The notes beneath the pieces were generated by a model. It did no database searches. It saw only the letters and a list, made by a program, of their open reading frames with translations, and had not been told where the DNA came from. This document shows positions 51,036 through 61,218 of a stretch of DNA of 64,000 nt, piece after piece; within the stretch, counting starts at the first letter, position 1; each line of letters starts with the position of its first letter. This DNA comes from an uncultured Chlamydiae bacterium. GTDB lineage: Bacteria > Chlamydiota > Chlamydiia > Chlamydiales > JAJFMA01. The DNA lies in contig CAVQMM010000001.1 of the NCBI GenBank assembly GCA_963713615.1, forward strand, positions 3,840,877 through 3,904,876. The letters run 5' to 3'. A program made the translations under genes and the position numbers.

Positions 51036-51503
51036 CTATTTTAATGGCAGCCATTTGTCCTGCACATTGAAGCGCTTGTGGATATGTTTTTGACGTTGTT
51101 GAGCAATCATGTCCTCATTACCACCAACACCCTGCATAGCCGCCAGGTCAAGCTTGGCTTTGTCTACTTTGTCATGCAAAATCTTGAAGGTTGCCCAATC
51201 TTTGTCCGTGAACTTGTCCACAGCATCGAGAAATTTGGTGATGTCGGCCTTTTCTACCCCAAGCCTAAGGTAAAGATCGGGGTCTTTGGAACTCAGCCAC
51301 TTTATGGACATCTTGAGAGCATGCACACGTCGATGCCCCTCGGCCAATGTCGCGGCATTAGTTGCCTTGGTTGCCGCTTCGTCACCGGCAGTTCCCTTAG
51401 CGGCATCAGCCTCTTTTAACAATTTGTCTAATTGTATGCGACGAAGGCCTTCTGTTAAGGCTTCTTCTACTTTTGTGAAATTTGTCTTCGACATAGTGAT
51501 CAC
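51036..51503 (-). CDS. Conserved hypothetical protein
   Basis: About 152-aa helical ORF ending KRFNVQDKWLPL. Confidence 0.7.
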   Translation of the reverse strand: MITMSKTNFTKVEEALTEGLRRIQLDKLLKEADAAKGTAGDEAATKATNAATLAEGHRRVHALKMSIKWLSSKDPDLYLRLGVEKADITKFLDAVDKFTDKDWATFKILHDKVDKAKLDLAAMQGVGGNEDMIAQQRQKHIHKRFNVQDKWLPLK

Positions 51504-51779
51504 TTTATTTGCATTTGTTTTCTATATTAAGTTTAACATGTTATTGAATTATTTATCACGAATAGAGCTTTGGTGTGTCCAAATTTCCAAATCTCTGATT
51601 GCATGGGGGGTGTAACCATAAGTGGTGGTGATACTTTCCTTTAAGCGACTTTCTCCAGGAAACCATCCCTTTGAGTATTCCAGTAATCCTCCCAAAGACC
51701 GTTGGGTATAATTTGCAGGGATTGGAGAAATTGCATTATAATGCATAAAGACGAATCAGTTGGTCTCGAGGAGTGAAAA

Positions 51780-53180
51780 ATGGAAGATATTCAGTGTGAT
51801 GTAGCGGTCATTGGATCGGGACCAGCGGGCCAAAAAGCAGCTATTCAAGCAGCCAAGCTTGGCGCTTCGGTGATTGTGATTGAAAAAGACCCTTTCCCCG
51901 GTGGGGCTTGCTTGTATTCGGGGACGATACCATCGAAGTCTTTGCGTGAAGCCATTATAGACCTCACAGGGTTTTACGAATACAGCTACTACGGTAAAGA
52001 GGAGGTTGCCCCAAAAGAGGTCTCCATCAATGCCCTGAACTACCGGCTGCATCAGATCATTGCTCAGGAGAAGAGCATGATCACCCGTCAGTTCAAGAAA
52101 AATGGCATACGCTTCCTGCAGGGGACGGCGCGTTATGAAAATCCACACATGTTGATTGTCGTGGATGATGACTACCGTCTGCGCTATCAGGTGAGCGCTA
52201 AAATGTCGGTGATTGCCACGGGATCCAAGCCCCGCAATCCGATTCATGTGCCATTCGACGACGAAGTGATCTTGGATTCTACGCGTTTATTATCCATCGA
52301 TAAACTTCCCAAAACCATGGTGGTTATGGGAGGGGGGATCATTGGTTCCGAGTATGCCAGCTTCTTTGCGGCGTTGGGTACAGAGGTGACCATTGTAGAT
52401 AAACGGGATCACATCTTACCCTTCATCGATTATGAAATTGGACGTCATCTGCAAACAGCTTTAACGGGCATAGGCCTCAAATTTATTGGGAATAAGGAGC
52501 CTGAGGCCATTAACCGCGTGGGTGATCGAGCTATCGTCAAGTTCAAAGATGGCACATCCTTGGAAAGCGACGTACTCTTGTTTGCTTTGGGACGGGTGGC
52601 GAACGTGGACGCCCTTCACATCGAGAACGCCGGGTTATCGATGAGCTCCAAAGGCTTCGTCCCAGCCAATGCGCTCTTTCAGACAGCGCAGCCGCACATC
52701 TATGCCGTTGGGGATGTGATTGGCGGTCCAGCGTTGGCCTCTACGAGTATGGAGCAGGGGCGTTTAGCGGCACGACATGCGCTGAGTGCTCAGACTCACC
52801 ACTTCCCATCGATCTATCCTATAGGGATCTATACGATCCCAGAGATCTCCAGCTGCGGCTATACCGAAGCACAGCTGCAGGAATTGGGATTTCATTATGA
52901 AATCGGTCGAGCATTCTACTATGAGATTGCTAGAAGTCACATCTCTGGAAATAACACTGGCATGTTTAAAATTCTGTTTCATTCGGAGACGTTGGAGATC
53001 CTGGGCATTCATGTGATTGGTCGCGGAGCCACTGAGGTGATACACATTGGGCAGGTAGCGATGACCAACAATGCCCACATCGACTTCTTTATAGAGCAGA
53101 TTTTTAACTATCCAACATATGCCGAAGGATACCGCGTTGCGGCGTTGAACGGTTTTAACAAGGTCAAGCATCGTCGTTGA
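51780..53180 (+). CDS. sthA: Soluble pyridine nucleotide transhydrogenase
   Basis: GSGPAG, GGACLYSGTIPSK (single Cys), GIYTIPEIS and FNYPTYAEGYRVAA motifs. Confidence 0.92.
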   Translation: MEDIQCDVAVIGSGPAGQKAAIQAAKLGASVIVIEKDPFPGGACLYSGTIPSKSLREAIIDLTGFYEYSYYGKEEVAPKEVSINALNYRLHQIIAQEKSMITRQFKKNGIRFLQGTARYENPHMLIVVDDDYRLRYQVSAKMSVIATGSKPRNPIHVPFDDEVILDSTRLLSIDKLPKTMVVMGGGIIGSEYASFFAALGTEVTIVDKRDHILPFIDYEIGRHLQTALTGIGLKFIGNKEPEAINRVGDRAIVKFKDGTSLESDVLLFALGRVANVDALHIENAGLSMSSKGFVPANALFQTAQPHIYAVGDVIGGPALASTSMEQGRLAARHALSAQTHHFPSIYPIGIYTIPEISSCGYTEAQLQELGFHYEIGRAFYYEIARSHISGNNTGMFKILFHSETLEILGIHVIGRGATEVIHIGQVAMTNNAHIDFFIEQIFNYPTYAEGYRVAALNGFNKVKHRR

Positions 53181-53217
53181 CGCTGATACCACTCACGCGT
53201 GGTAATAGGAATAACAA

Positions 53218-53694
53218 ATGAATAACGATCCAGAACCTAATGGTCATGGCTTTACCGACAAACGAAAAGAAGCTATCCGACCTGAATACGTGCTATTGGA
53301 TGGTGACCAGACCGCGAGCTCTGGTGGCTCTAATCGATTTGAAGAGATCTCTAATGTCGGCCGTATCAAGGTTCCTTGGGCTTTCCGCATCATGTTTGCG
53401 CTTCTTACATTGTTGTGTGGAGCATGGTTTTGCGGGTCTGTCATTGGATGGGCCTTCTCATCTGTTGGATATATGCTTAGCTTTAACCGAGCCGAATCCT
53501 TAGATCTTTTAGTGAAGCGCTTCTTGCTAGGCATGCGCCGCGCACTAGCGTTTGGTATAGGATTCCTAGCATCCATTCTCAGCCCGCCCCTCGGTCTGGG
53601 CTTCATCATGCTCTACTGCCTTCTTTACGAAGATAAAGAAGCGACGATAGCTCGCATGGTCCGAGCCAAGTACACCCAGTATTCCTCTCGGTAG
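53218..53694 (+). CDS. Hypothetical membrane protein
   Basis: 158 aa with two hydrophobic regions. Confidence 0.65.
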   Translation: MNNDPEPNGHGFTDKRKEAIRPEYVLLDGDQTASSGGSNRFEEISNVGRIKVPWAFRIMFALLTLLCGAWFCGSVIGWAFSSVGYMLSFNRAESLDLLVKRFLLGMRRALAFGIGFLASILSPPLGLGFIMLYCLLYEDKEATIARMVRAKYTQYSSR

Positions 53695-53851
53695 ATTTAC
53701 CGAATCTTAATAAAAATTGATTGTAATTCACGAGCTTGGTATATTAGCTGGACGCTAGTTGCCCACTGTTGAATTTCAATTGATTTCGCGGTGTAAGACA
53801 AATTTTATTTTAGATGGAAGTCAAAGCTGTTTATTATAAAATTTATTATTA

Positions 53852-53880
53852 TTGCAATTAATATGCTGTTTTGATATGAT
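53852..53880 (+). promoter_or_regulatory. Sigma66/70 promoter
   Basis: TTGCAA-N17-TATGAT in an AT-rich region. Confidence 0.65.
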
Positions 53881-53929
53881 TATTGCTTTGGAAACACATA
53901 TTAAAACAATATTTCATTAGGAGAAAACA

Positions 53930-55594
53930 ATGGAACATATATTAAGTGTCTGTGGGAGTCTGGTTTCGAACGCAATTTCGTGGAGAACCCCAGCCAGCAA
54001 CAATCTGATAGTAGAAAGTCTGGAGGCCAAAGCAGCGCGACTAGAAGCCGAAATGGATGACTTTGTGAATGATGATGTGGTAGTGCCTGTCGGCAGTGCC
54101 TTATATGTACCGGTCATAGCTCAGTCTATTTTGAGTTGCGATGCTACGAAGGCTGAACAGCTGTACGGTTATGCACTTGAACTATCTGCTGAAGTTAAGA
54201 AATTAACCGCTGAAGAAAAAGTAGAACTAAAGCCTCAGTTCATTCAGGTATATACCGCTTTGCGTCAACTCCAAGAGACTTTTAAAGCAGATAGCGCTTC
54301 AGCAAACAAGCAAACACAACAAGCCATTACCAAGGCGATAACAGCACTAAGACAAAGTGAAGTTTATCTTTCAGATCATTTGGCAACTCTATGTGGATTT
54401 GCAAGTCTTGCGGACAAGATCGTTATGGGTGAGAGCAGCTCCCCTGAGGGTCAACTTCTAGTGGTCGACAAGGGAATATTAGCATTTAGTGACAAATCAG
54501 ATGGTAATGGTCAACAATTAGCTCTGAAGCGTTTGAAGAACGTTGAGACGGCGCTCAAAAATGAAGATGCTTGCGCTCAGCTAACGGATAACCAACTGCT
54601 GCAGATGAAACTCACGATCAGCTGGACCATGCTAGCCTATCTCTCTCAACAAAAGACAGGCTTGGACTTGGTCGAGCATAGTTTTGAAACGCTATTTCTG
54701 ATGAATCAACAGCTGAATGCCATTTTGGCAAAAAGAAAGGATCTCGACGTCGATGCTGATTTAGTAACATCTCTAGCTTTGGTCGTTGATCAAATTCAAA
54801 CTCTTTATTCCGACGACTTTTGGGTGGATGCAAAGCATGGTAACCAGTTGAGAAATATTGAACCTTTTGTCGCTTCTCTTCTTAGCTTTATCGGTAATTC
54901 CAACCAGGTAGACCTTGCAGGACTGACCTTTTTGCATCGCGACGATGCAAACGGTATCGCGCTTTTTGAAGCACCAGAGGTGGAAGGTGAGAAAAACTAT
55001 GTAGCTCTCTTCTTCGGACGTGATGGGGTTGTCAGTTATTACGATCCACGACAAAGTCGAAATCCAAACTTTGATTTGGGTGGACTAGGTCATGATCCCA
55101 TCTATCAAAGTGCTGGGCCAGCAAGTGCTGCATTTGAACTTTTGATGAAGGAAAAGGCAGACAAGAGTAAACCATTTAAGCTGACTACGGCTGGATTTGG
55201 CGTTGATGGTGCTGTGGGTCAAATGGTGGCCTTTTCTCAGGCCATTGCAAACCCAGATAGCAAGATAGTCTCTTGCTGTGTGGGTACGGCACCTTATCTT
55301 GAGCTTAACGCATCGGAAGCAATGTTGCGTCAGAAGAATTTGTACGGAATTAATTTCCAGCTAGTCGGAGATACTTTAACAAAGCCAAGCGCTTTCAGTA
55401 CCTATGCTGCAAAGAAATATAGCGAGACTAACTGGGAGCTTAACCTGCCGTTGTATAACCGTGACTGGTTCATGAGTGACTCTTTGACCCGTGGGCACGA
55501 TGCATCCATCTACCGTGAAAAAGTACAAAGAGCTGTAAAACAACCGCAGCAGCTGCTTCAGGTGCGTGATGAGCTTAGAACAATCATTGGTTAA
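53930..55594 (+). CDS. Hypothetical protein with degenerate class-3 lipase-like C-terminal domain
   Basis: LGGLGHDPIY, KLTTAGFGVDGAVG (GHSLGG position), CVGTAPY, GDTL and a terminal H follow lipase-3 topology. Confidence 0.55.
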   Translation: MEHILSVCGSLVSNAISWRTPASNNLIVESLEAKAARLEAEMDDFVNDDVVVPVGSALYVPVIAQSILSCDATKAEQLYGYALELSAEVKKLTAEEKVELKPQFIQVYTALRQLQETFKADSASANKQTQQAITKAITALRQSEVYLSDHLATLCGFASLADKIVMGESSSPEGQLLVVDKGILAFSDKSDGNGQQLALKRLKNVETALKNEDACAQLTDNQLLQMKLTISWTMLAYLSQQKTGLDLVEHSFETLFLMNQQLNAILAKRKDLDVDADLVTSLALVVDQIQTLYSDDFWVDAKHGNQLRNIEPFVASLLSFIGNSNQVDLAGLTFLHRDDANGIALFEAPEVEGEKNYVALFFGRDGVVSYYDPRQSRNPNFDLGGLGHDPIYQSAGPASAAFELLMKEKADKSKPFKLTTAGFGVDGAVGQMVAFSQAIANPDSKIVSCCVGTAPYLELNASEAMLRQKNLYGINFQLVGDTLTKPSAFSTYAAKKYSETNWELNLPLYNRDWFMSDSLTRGHDASIYREKVQRAVKQPQQLLQVRDELRTIIG

Positions 55595-55640
55595 AAAATT
55601 GGGGAACTTTAGGGAATTTTAATAAGTAAGAGGCTAAAAA

Positions 55641-57281
55641 ATGTCATTTTTAACACAAATCTATAACGTAGGGGCATCGTGGTTTGGAGGTAGCAGCAAA
55701 GCGACTTCAGCCCCTGTGCGTCCTACGCAGACTAAGCCACCGGCTACTAAAGTTAAGGTATGCCTTAACACGATTGGCCGTACGGTCGAGAAAGCGACAG
55801 TTGTTGTTGGGAACAAAGTTGACCAAGCTGCTAACGATGTGGCAGGCAAGGTCAACAGTGTTCGTAACACAGTTGAAGAAGTATGCACTTCAGTCAAGCA
55901 AAAGGTTGCTACTCGAACAAAAGAAGGGCAGCTGAAGCATGAACGTAATGTATTTTTATATTATCTGGCATGCTCTAAAGGCAAACTTGAAATGTACCCG
56001 GCAAAAGACATCGCTGTAGCGGTGGATTATTGCGTGGCTCAAGCTAAGAAAGGCAATCTTTCCGACAAAGATAAGGCGGATATCCGCTTTTTCTTTCTGG
56101 ACAAGTTGTCTTCCATGCCTGAAGACAAGTTCAATCGAAGATTGTTGCTAGGTGGTAAGGATGCGCTTCAGCGTATCATTTCGCCCGAGCTAGACAGACT
56201 TTTGACTGAGCAAGAGCAGAATCCTTCACTCAAAGACAGCAAACAGCATCAGTTGGATATCGCGGTAGCGCGTGCACAGCTAGCTGTAGGCGTCGGAGCA
56301 GGGACTTCTAGAGCGGGTGGATGCAACGGTGCTGTCATCGTGAAGAGTCTAGAAGGAAAGGCCGTAGGCGTCTTCAAGGCTCCTCCCAGCAACGCTGGTT
56401 TTGATCCAGCGCGTCAAGTCAAAGCATGGTTTGGTCAAGCGCGTCTTTTCAACCGAGAAGACAAGATGAACGAGCCATACTCTGAAGTGGCTATGCATTA
56501 CTTTGACGAAGTGTTCGGGTTTAACCTGGCCCCAGCAGCGAAGCAAGTTGAGTTAAAGGACGAATCAGGGGCCTTTTTGGCTTTCTTGGGCGGCTATAAG
56601 GAACTTGCTGATGTCGTTGAGGACCTCAATAAGCGCGACTCCTTCGAAAAAGATGAGCTGATTAAGTGGCAGACTGCCATGGTTGCTATCTTTGCATCTC
56701 TGAATTTTGACCCACATGCTGGTAATATCTTTGTTCAAATGGACAAAGGTCAGCTGAGTGGCTTGAAGATCATTGATGCAGGTAACAACTTTGCTGCAAG
56801 ATTGCCAGGCGAATGGGGAACAAAAGGTCACCGTAGTGAGCCAGGCGATCTGGCGATCTCGAAGAAGCCTTTTGAGCCTGAAGTCATCGAGTTCATCAAG
56901 ACACGTTTGACTGAGGAAAACCTCAATAGCTTTATCGCGAAGGTAAAAGCTGATCGTCCAGACTTCTGGACTGCAGAAATGGATGTTCTACATCGCCAGA
57001 CCTTGCAGATCGTTCGCAAGAACGTTGCTAATGGGATGATTGCATCTCCTTTTGAATTGCTAAACATTCTGACGCCTGGTCAGTATGCCGAGCAGAAAAA
57101 GGTTGCTGCGATGATGGACGACTGGACTATCGTGGACATCGGTGATGACGAAGCTGAGATGGTTAAGAACGCTGCAGTAGTGGTGAAAGCCCCTTCAGTA
57201 GCTCCTTTAATCATCGAAGACTACGTGACAGGAGCTGACTTTAAGCTTCCTGGAAGCCAGTCTGTGGCTGTATCAGCTTAA
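55641..57281 (+). CDS. Phosphatidylinositol 3/4-kinase-like (type II PI4K-like) protein
   Basis: GCNGAVIVK, VGVFKAP, SEVAMHYFD..FNLAP, catalytic NFDPHAGN and IDAG. Confidence 0.75.
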   Translation: MSFLTQIYNVGASWFGGSSKATSAPVRPTQTKPPATKVKVCLNTIGRTVEKATVVVGNKVDQAANDVAGKVNSVRNTVEEVCTSVKQKVATRTKEGQLKHERNVFLYYLACSKGKLEMYPAKDIAVAVDYCVAQAKKGNLSDKDKADIRFFFLDKLSSMPEDKFNRRLLLGGKDALQRIISPELDRLLTEQEQNPSLKDSKQHQLDIAVARAQLAVGVGAGTSRAGGCNGAVIVKSLEGKAVGVFKAPPSNAGFDPARQVKAWFGQARLFNREDKMNEPYSEVAMHYFDEVFGFNLAPAAKQVELKDESGAFLAFLGGYKELADVVEDLNKRDSFEKDELIKWQTAMVAIFASLNFDPHAGNIFVQMDKGQLSGLKIIDAGNNFAARLPGEWGTKGHRSEPGDLAISKKPFEPEVIEFIKTRLTEENLNSFIAKVKADRPDFWTAEMDVLHRQTLQIVRKNVANGMIASPFELLNILTPGQYAEQKKVAAMMDDWTIVDIGDDEAEMVKNAAVVVKAPSVAPLIIEDYVTGADFKLPGSQSVAVSA

Positions 57282-57308
57282 TGCTGTCGCTTTAGACATT
57301 AGTTCTAT

Positions 57309-57348
57309 ATCGAGTAACAGAGTTCTCTCTGTTACTCGATTTTTTTTT
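57309..57348 (+). terminator. Intrinsic terminator
   Basis: Perfect 14-bp stem ATCGAGTAACAGAG-TTCT-CTCTGTTACTCGAT followed by a T-run. Confidence 0.9.
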
Positions 57349-57355
57349 GCTGAAT

Positions 57356-58157
57356 GGACTGGACGAATTGGACTGATTGGACGAAATGGACTTATTGAGG
57401 TAATTGCAGAAGTCCGATTCTCCGAAGTCAATTTCCTGAAAATCGGATGCCGGTGAAGAGAGAGTCATTCCCTTCCCAGGCCCGAAGGGTCGATATTGCA
57501 ACAGGCCATGGCATCGCCATGGTATATGCCAAAACGGTTTTAGCAGCCTGTAGGGCTGCCATAAAGCGCATGCATAAATGGTGTTTGTAAACTGGCGTCT
57601 TGTAGCAGTCCTTCAGACTGCGAAATCCCTTCCTGGCATATACCATGGCGATGCCACATAGGCCTCAACCTAACAGGTCTTTTGAGCTTATATCTCAATG
57701 ACTTAGGACTTCACAATCGTATCTCGGCGCGCAGCGCTTTGGAGTGCGGTCGCTTGCGACCGCTTTTCGTTCCTTGGGACGGCAATGCTAAACGGCATTG
57801 TATGGATTCGTCGAAGGCTGCATGTACTAACTATTTTACCCTTAGGGAATTATAGTAATGCCGTTGCACACGACCGTCGCAAGGAACCCAAAGCGGTCGC
57901 AAGCGACCGCACTCCAAAGCGCTGCGCGCCGAGATACGATTGTTAGGCTTAGGTTGAGGCCTATGTGGCGATGCCATGGTCTGTTGCAATATCGACCCTT
58001 CGGGCCTGGGAAGGGAGAAAAGCCTGTCTTTCCAGACTGGATAGTGCCATACCACTTAAGCTCTCTAGAATCGCCTTCTCACAAAAAAAGGTAACCTTTT
58101 TTCCCGAGAATCGATTCTCAAGGGCTCAAATAATTTTGCAATTACCTCTCGTTGTCC
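57356..58157. repeat. Nested palindromic element family A, copy A6 (inverted relative to A5)
   Basis: GAGGTAATTG 57397 to GCAATTACCTC 58148 (752 bp); mostly the reverse complement of A5. Confidence 0.93.
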
Positions 58158-58159
58158 TT

Positions 58160-60748
58160 TTACTTCTTGAAGGTGACTTCGTCGCCTTTGCTGATCAATT
58201 TCACATGATCGCCATGTTTGATTGTGCCGTCCAAGATAGCTTTGGCCAGCATATTCACAACCTTATGTTGAATAAGGCGTTTCAATGGACGCGCACCAAA
58301 GTAGGCATCGTAGCCTTGAGACGCTAACAAGTCTATCACTCCTTTATCCCATTCAAGAGTCACATGGCGTTCCTGTAGCCTATTCACAACATGATGCAGC
58401 TGTATGGTGACAATGCGATGCATATCCTCTGGTCGCAACGGCAGGAAGGGAAGAATCTCATCCAACCTGTTGATGAATTCGGGGCGGAAGTGCGCCTTAA
58501 TAATTGGGTCCAGCAAGGCCAGAATGGCTTCTTTGGAGAAGTCCGCACGATTTCGTTCTAGCTGTTCCAGTAACTTGTCGGAGCCTAAATTCGAGGTCAT
58601 GATAAAGATGGCGTTTTTGCAGTTGACCACGCGTCCTTTACTATCTGTTAGGCGACCGTCATCAAAGATCTGCAGGAGCATATTAAAAACATCGGGATGC
58701 GCCTTTTCAATTTCATCCAGTAACACGACGGCATAGGGGCGTCGGCGCAGTTGCTCAGTGAGCTGACCGCCTTCATCATAGCCTACATATCCTGGAGGGG
58801 AGCCGATGAGCTTGGCGACACTGTGTTTTTCCATGTACTCGGACATATCTAAGCGTATCAGGGCGTCCTCTTGATCGAAGAGTTGCTCGGCTAGAGATTT
58901 GGCAAGTTCTGTCTTCCCAACGCCGGTAGGGCCTAGAAACAGAAAAGCTCCGATAGGTCTGTGGGGATCTCCTAAACCTGATCTGGAGCGGCGTATGGCT
59001 TCACACACCGACTGTACGGCTAATTGTTGCCCCACGACACGTTTTTCGATCTCACTTTCTAGCCGCAGGAGTTTTTCGGCTTCGCCCTCTACCATACGGC
59101 TGACGGGGACACCGGTCCACTTGGAGACGATATGGGCGATGAGGTTTTCATCGACTTCTTCTTGAAGCAAGCGGTTGGGCTTTTCATTTAGGCGCTTTTC
59201 AGCGGCTTGAATCTCTTTTTGAACTTCAGGAATCTGTTTGTAGCGTAGCTCAGCGACTCTATCGTACTCAGCTTTTCGCTCGGCTTCCTCTTCCTGAAAG
59301 CGCAGGTTTTCATAGGCGTTTTTCTTATCTTTTAACTCTTGAATCAGCTTTTTCTCTTGGTCCCACTGCTGTTTAAGGGCTGCGAGCTCTTCTTTGATCT
59401 GGGCGATCTGGGAGTTTAGCTTTTCGCTGTGCTCGCGTGCTGTGGGACTATCCTCACGTCGCAAGCCTTCTTGCTCAACAATTAGGGCAGCGAGCTCCCG
59501 TTCCTTGGTGTCGATGGGCAAGGGACGGCTGCCTACCTGCATGCGGATGAGACTGGCGGCTTCGTCGATTAGGTCGATGGCTTTGTCTGGTAAGAATCGG
59601 TCTGTAATGTACCTGTCGGATAGAAATGCCGCAGCATGGAGAGCATCTTCGGTGATCCTGACACTGTGGTAGATTTCGTACCGTTCGCGCAATCCACGCA
59701 GGATGGCAATAGTCTCCTGCAGTGAGGGTTCAGGAACCATAACGGGTTGAAAGCGACGTTCTAGTGCAGCATCTTTTTCGATGTGCTTGCGGTATTCGTT
59801 GAGTGTTGTAGCGCCGATGCAATGCAATGTTCCCCTTGCTAGCGCTGGTTTTAGCAAGTTTGCGGCGTCCATGGCTCCTTCTGCAGCTCCTGCACCAATG
59901 AGAGTGTGCACTTCGTCAATGAACAAAATGACTTTGCCTTCGCTCTTCTCAATGTCGCTCAGAATGCCTTTAAGGCGTTCTTCAAACTCTCCACGGAATT
60001 TTGTCCCTGCCACCAGACTACCCATGTCCAAAGTCACGATCTCTTTATCTTTAAGAGCCTCAGGAACATCTCCCTGGACGATGCGTTGTGCGAGGCCTTC
60101 GGCAATGGCCGTTTTGCCTACACCGGGCTCACCGAGTAGCAGCGGGTTGTTTTTGGTACGGCGACTGAGCACTTGAATGGTGCGACGAATCTCTTCATCC
60201 CTTCCTATGACTGGGTCGAGCTTTCCTTCGCGAGCCAATGCTGAGAGGTTCTTGCAGTATTTTTCGAGCGTCTGAAGGCTTGATTCGGCTGTGGGAGAGT
60301 CCATATGTCTATCTCCGCGAATATTTTTTATTTGTTCTTCGACTTGTTTGATGTTTAGCCCATAGCGTTGTTTCCATGTCGTGAAGGGCTCGCCACCGTT
60401 TTTCCAGTAGGCAATAAGGAAGTGGTCACTGCTCACGTAGCTGTCCTTCCACTGACGGGCGATGGCCTGCGCATCAGAAATGCGTTGTTGGAGGTTGGCT
60501 GCTGGGATGGGCTGACGGGCTTCTCCAGAGAATGTAGGAACGTGAGTAAGGCTATCACGCACATCATGGATAAGCTGGTTAGGCTGTGTATTCAGATTAT
60601 CTAAGATCGAGAAAAAGTAGCCTTGAGGCTCATCAAGGAAGGCCAGCAGCAGGTGATTTTCGGTGACTTCCGTGTTTTTGCGCTTTTGTGCCTCTGTAAC
60701 AGCTTGTTGTAGGCTATTTGCAACGGCATCGGTGAAGTTTGGATTCAT
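58160..60748 (-). CDS. clpB: Chaperone ClpB
   Basis: Two AAA+ modules ([16 protein letters not shown]), [10 protein letters not shown], long M-domain coiled coil and GARPLKR. Confidence 0.97.
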   Translation of the reverse strand: MNPNFTDAVANSLQQAVTEAQKRKNTEVTENHLLLAFLDEPQGYFFSILDNLNTQPNQLIHDVRDSLTHVPTFSGEARQPIPAANLQQRISDAQAIARQWKDSYVSSDHFLIAYWKNGGEPFTTWKQRYGLNIKQVEEQIKNIRGDRHMDSPTAESSLQTLEKYCKNLSALAREGKLDPVIGRDEEIRRTIQVLSRRTKNNPLLLGEPGVGKTAIAEGLAQRIVQGDVPEALKDKEIVTLDMGSLVAGTKFRGEFEERLKGILSDIEKSEGKVILFIDEVHTLIGAGAAEGAMDAANLLKPALARGTLHCIGATTLNEYRKHIEKDAALERRFQPVMVPEPSLQETIAILRGLRERYEIYHSVRITEDALHAAAFLSDRYITDRFLPDKAIDLIDEAASLIRMQVGSRPLPIDTKERELAALIVEQEGLRREDSPTAREHSEKLNSQIAQIKEELAALKQQWDQEKKLIQELKDKKNAYENLRFQEEEAERKAEYDRVAELRYKQIPEVQKEIQAAEKRLNEKPNRLLQEEVDENLIAHIVSKWTGVPVSRMVEGEAEKLLRLESEIEKRVVGQQLAVQSVCEAIRRSRSGLGDPHRPIGAFLFLGPTGVGKTELAKSLAEQLFDQEDALIRLDMSEYMEKHSVAKLIGSPPGYVGYDEGGQLTEQLRRRPYAVVLLDEIEKAHPDVFNMLLQIFDDGRLTDSKGRVVNCKNAIFIMTSNLGSDKLLEQLERNRADFSKEAILALLDPIIKAHFRPEFINRLDEILPFLPLRPEDMHRIVTIQLHHVVNRLQERHVTLEWDKGVIDLLASQGYDAYFGARPLKRLIQHKVVNMLAKAILDGTIKHGDHVKLISKGDEVTFKK

Positions 60749-60774
60749 GGCTTTCTCCTTCTGTAGACCCCTTT

Positions 60775-60804
60775 AATGTACGGCGGAGAGTGTCGTGCTG
60801 TCAA
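60775..60804 (-). promoter_or_regulatory. Candidate clpB promoter
   Basis: TTGACA-N18-TACATT. Confidence 0.55.
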
Positions 60805-60859
60805 GAGCCGAGAAGAGGAGAACGAGAGGAGGGATAGGGGGGGAGGGAGGGGAGAAGGT

Positions 60860-61108
60860 CTGTGAGGGATTTTTTTTACCACAGAGGCCGCAAAATCCTG
60901 TCTAAGGACTCCCGCAGAAAATACGATGCTGTAGAGTCCTTAGACGGATTTTGCCCAGAGGCAAGTAACTGAACAGGTCCTCAATTTAACAAAAAAAGTT
61001 AGATTGAGCACCTGTCCCGTTTGTGGGGCCTTTCACTCCTCCTCCTAATCCTCTCTCTCCTATCTCGGCGTCTCTGCGGCCTCTGTGGTAAAAAAATCCC
61101 CCACAGCC
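60860..61108. repeat. Palindromic intergenic element family B, copy 2
   Basis: GGGATTTTTTT-ACCACAGAGGCCGCA..TGCGGCCTCTGTGGT-AAAAAAATCCC with the same internal modules as 4860-5152, rearranged. Confidence 0.88.
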
Positions 61109-61218
61109 CTCCACCCTCCGCTCTCCCTGCCCTCTCTCTCGCTACCACCGCTTCTCTATGGCAAAAATCCGCACCCTAAAGTATGATGGACGCGAATTGC
61201 CATTTTTTGGGGGTCAGG

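Noticed and set aside
58404..60176. Long antisense ORFs in clpB, pnp, ffh and ftsH
   Set aside because: These are shadow frames of conserved genes.
60750..60860. CIRCE operator upstream of clpB
   Set aside because: No TTAGCACTC-N9-GAGTGCTAA match is visible.
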